Shown piece after piece: positions 63,740 to 64,000 of a stretch of 64,000 nucleotides of DNA. This DNA is from an uncultured Planctomycetota bacterium (lineage in GTDB: Bacteria; Planctomycetota; Planctomycetia; Isosphaerales; Isosphaeraceae): NCBI GenBank assembly GCA_963845755.1, contig CAWJTV010000013.1, forward strand, positions 256,001 through 320,000, read 5' to 3'. The first letter of the stretch is position 1. Every line of letters starts with the position of its first letter. The position numbers and the translations under genes were made by a program. The notes under the pieces were generated by a model. The model had not been told where the DNA came from, searched no databases, and was given only the letters and a program-made list of their open reading frames with translations.

Positions 63740-64000
63740 ATGATCATCTGGAAATTTGGCGGGGCGTGCTTCTCAGATAATGAACGCCTGATCAGAATCG
63801 CTCGCAAGATCGCCGACTGGCCTCGACGCCGCGACCTCGTCGTGGTCGTCTCGGCCAAGCAGGGTGTCACCGATCAGTTGATTGCCGAGATGTGCGAGTT
63901 GAATCCCAATCCCCCGCTCGATGCGCTCGACACCATCCTGGCGACGGGAGAGATGCAGGTCGCGTCTCTGCTCGCCGCCTCGGTCGCGCGCTTCGGGAGG
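63740..64000 (+). CDS. Aspartate kinase-like protein (partial, runs off window)
   Basis: MIIWKFGG, VVVVSA.QGVTDQL, LDTILATGE. Confidence 0.8.
   Translation, partial: MIIWKFGGACFSDNERLIRIARKIADWPRRRDLVVVVSAKQGVTDQLIAEMCELNPNPPLDALDTILATGEMQVASLLAASVARFGR

Noticed and set aside
1..64000. CRISPR array, tRNA or rRNA, especially near the Cas4-like gene
   Set aside because: No regularly spaced short repeats or recognisable RNA gene sequence seen by eye; no cas1/cas2.

Overview
GC-rich accessory region, most likely from a planctomycete (Isosphaeraceae-like; inferred from a 'LEPRLALS'-type extracellular N-terminus and the IS repertoire). Scattered single-base frameshifts probably include consensus errors. 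(1) 80-11032: a ~1,270-aa REase-like/STAND NTPase/HEAT-repeat gene, a candidate antiviral sensor-effector, split by a 7.1-kb RIT (recombinase-in-trio) element. Removing the element restores the reading frame at the junction. Its cargo is a Cas4/RecB-like + DEDD exonuclease + IS66 DDE transposase fusion. (2) 11-18.6 kb: gene stubs and IS debris (IS66, IS3, ISKra4, ISAs1). (3) 19-60.6 kb: a ~40-kb co-oriented exopolysaccharide/surface-glycan locus with wzc, a priming GT, wzm/wzt, a wzy-like gene, many GTs, 3 FkbM methyltransferases, deacetylases, 2 beta-helix proteins, a PEP-CTERM protein and wecB. The wzc leader and 5' end are triplicated, and two genes are each bracketed by ~90-105-bp diverged direct repeats. 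(4) 61-64 kb: heme-oxygenase-like diiron enzyme + ACP + acyl-AMP ligase + truncated SDR, an EamA remnant and the start of an aspartokinase-like gene. No rRNA, tRNA or CRISPR array was seen.
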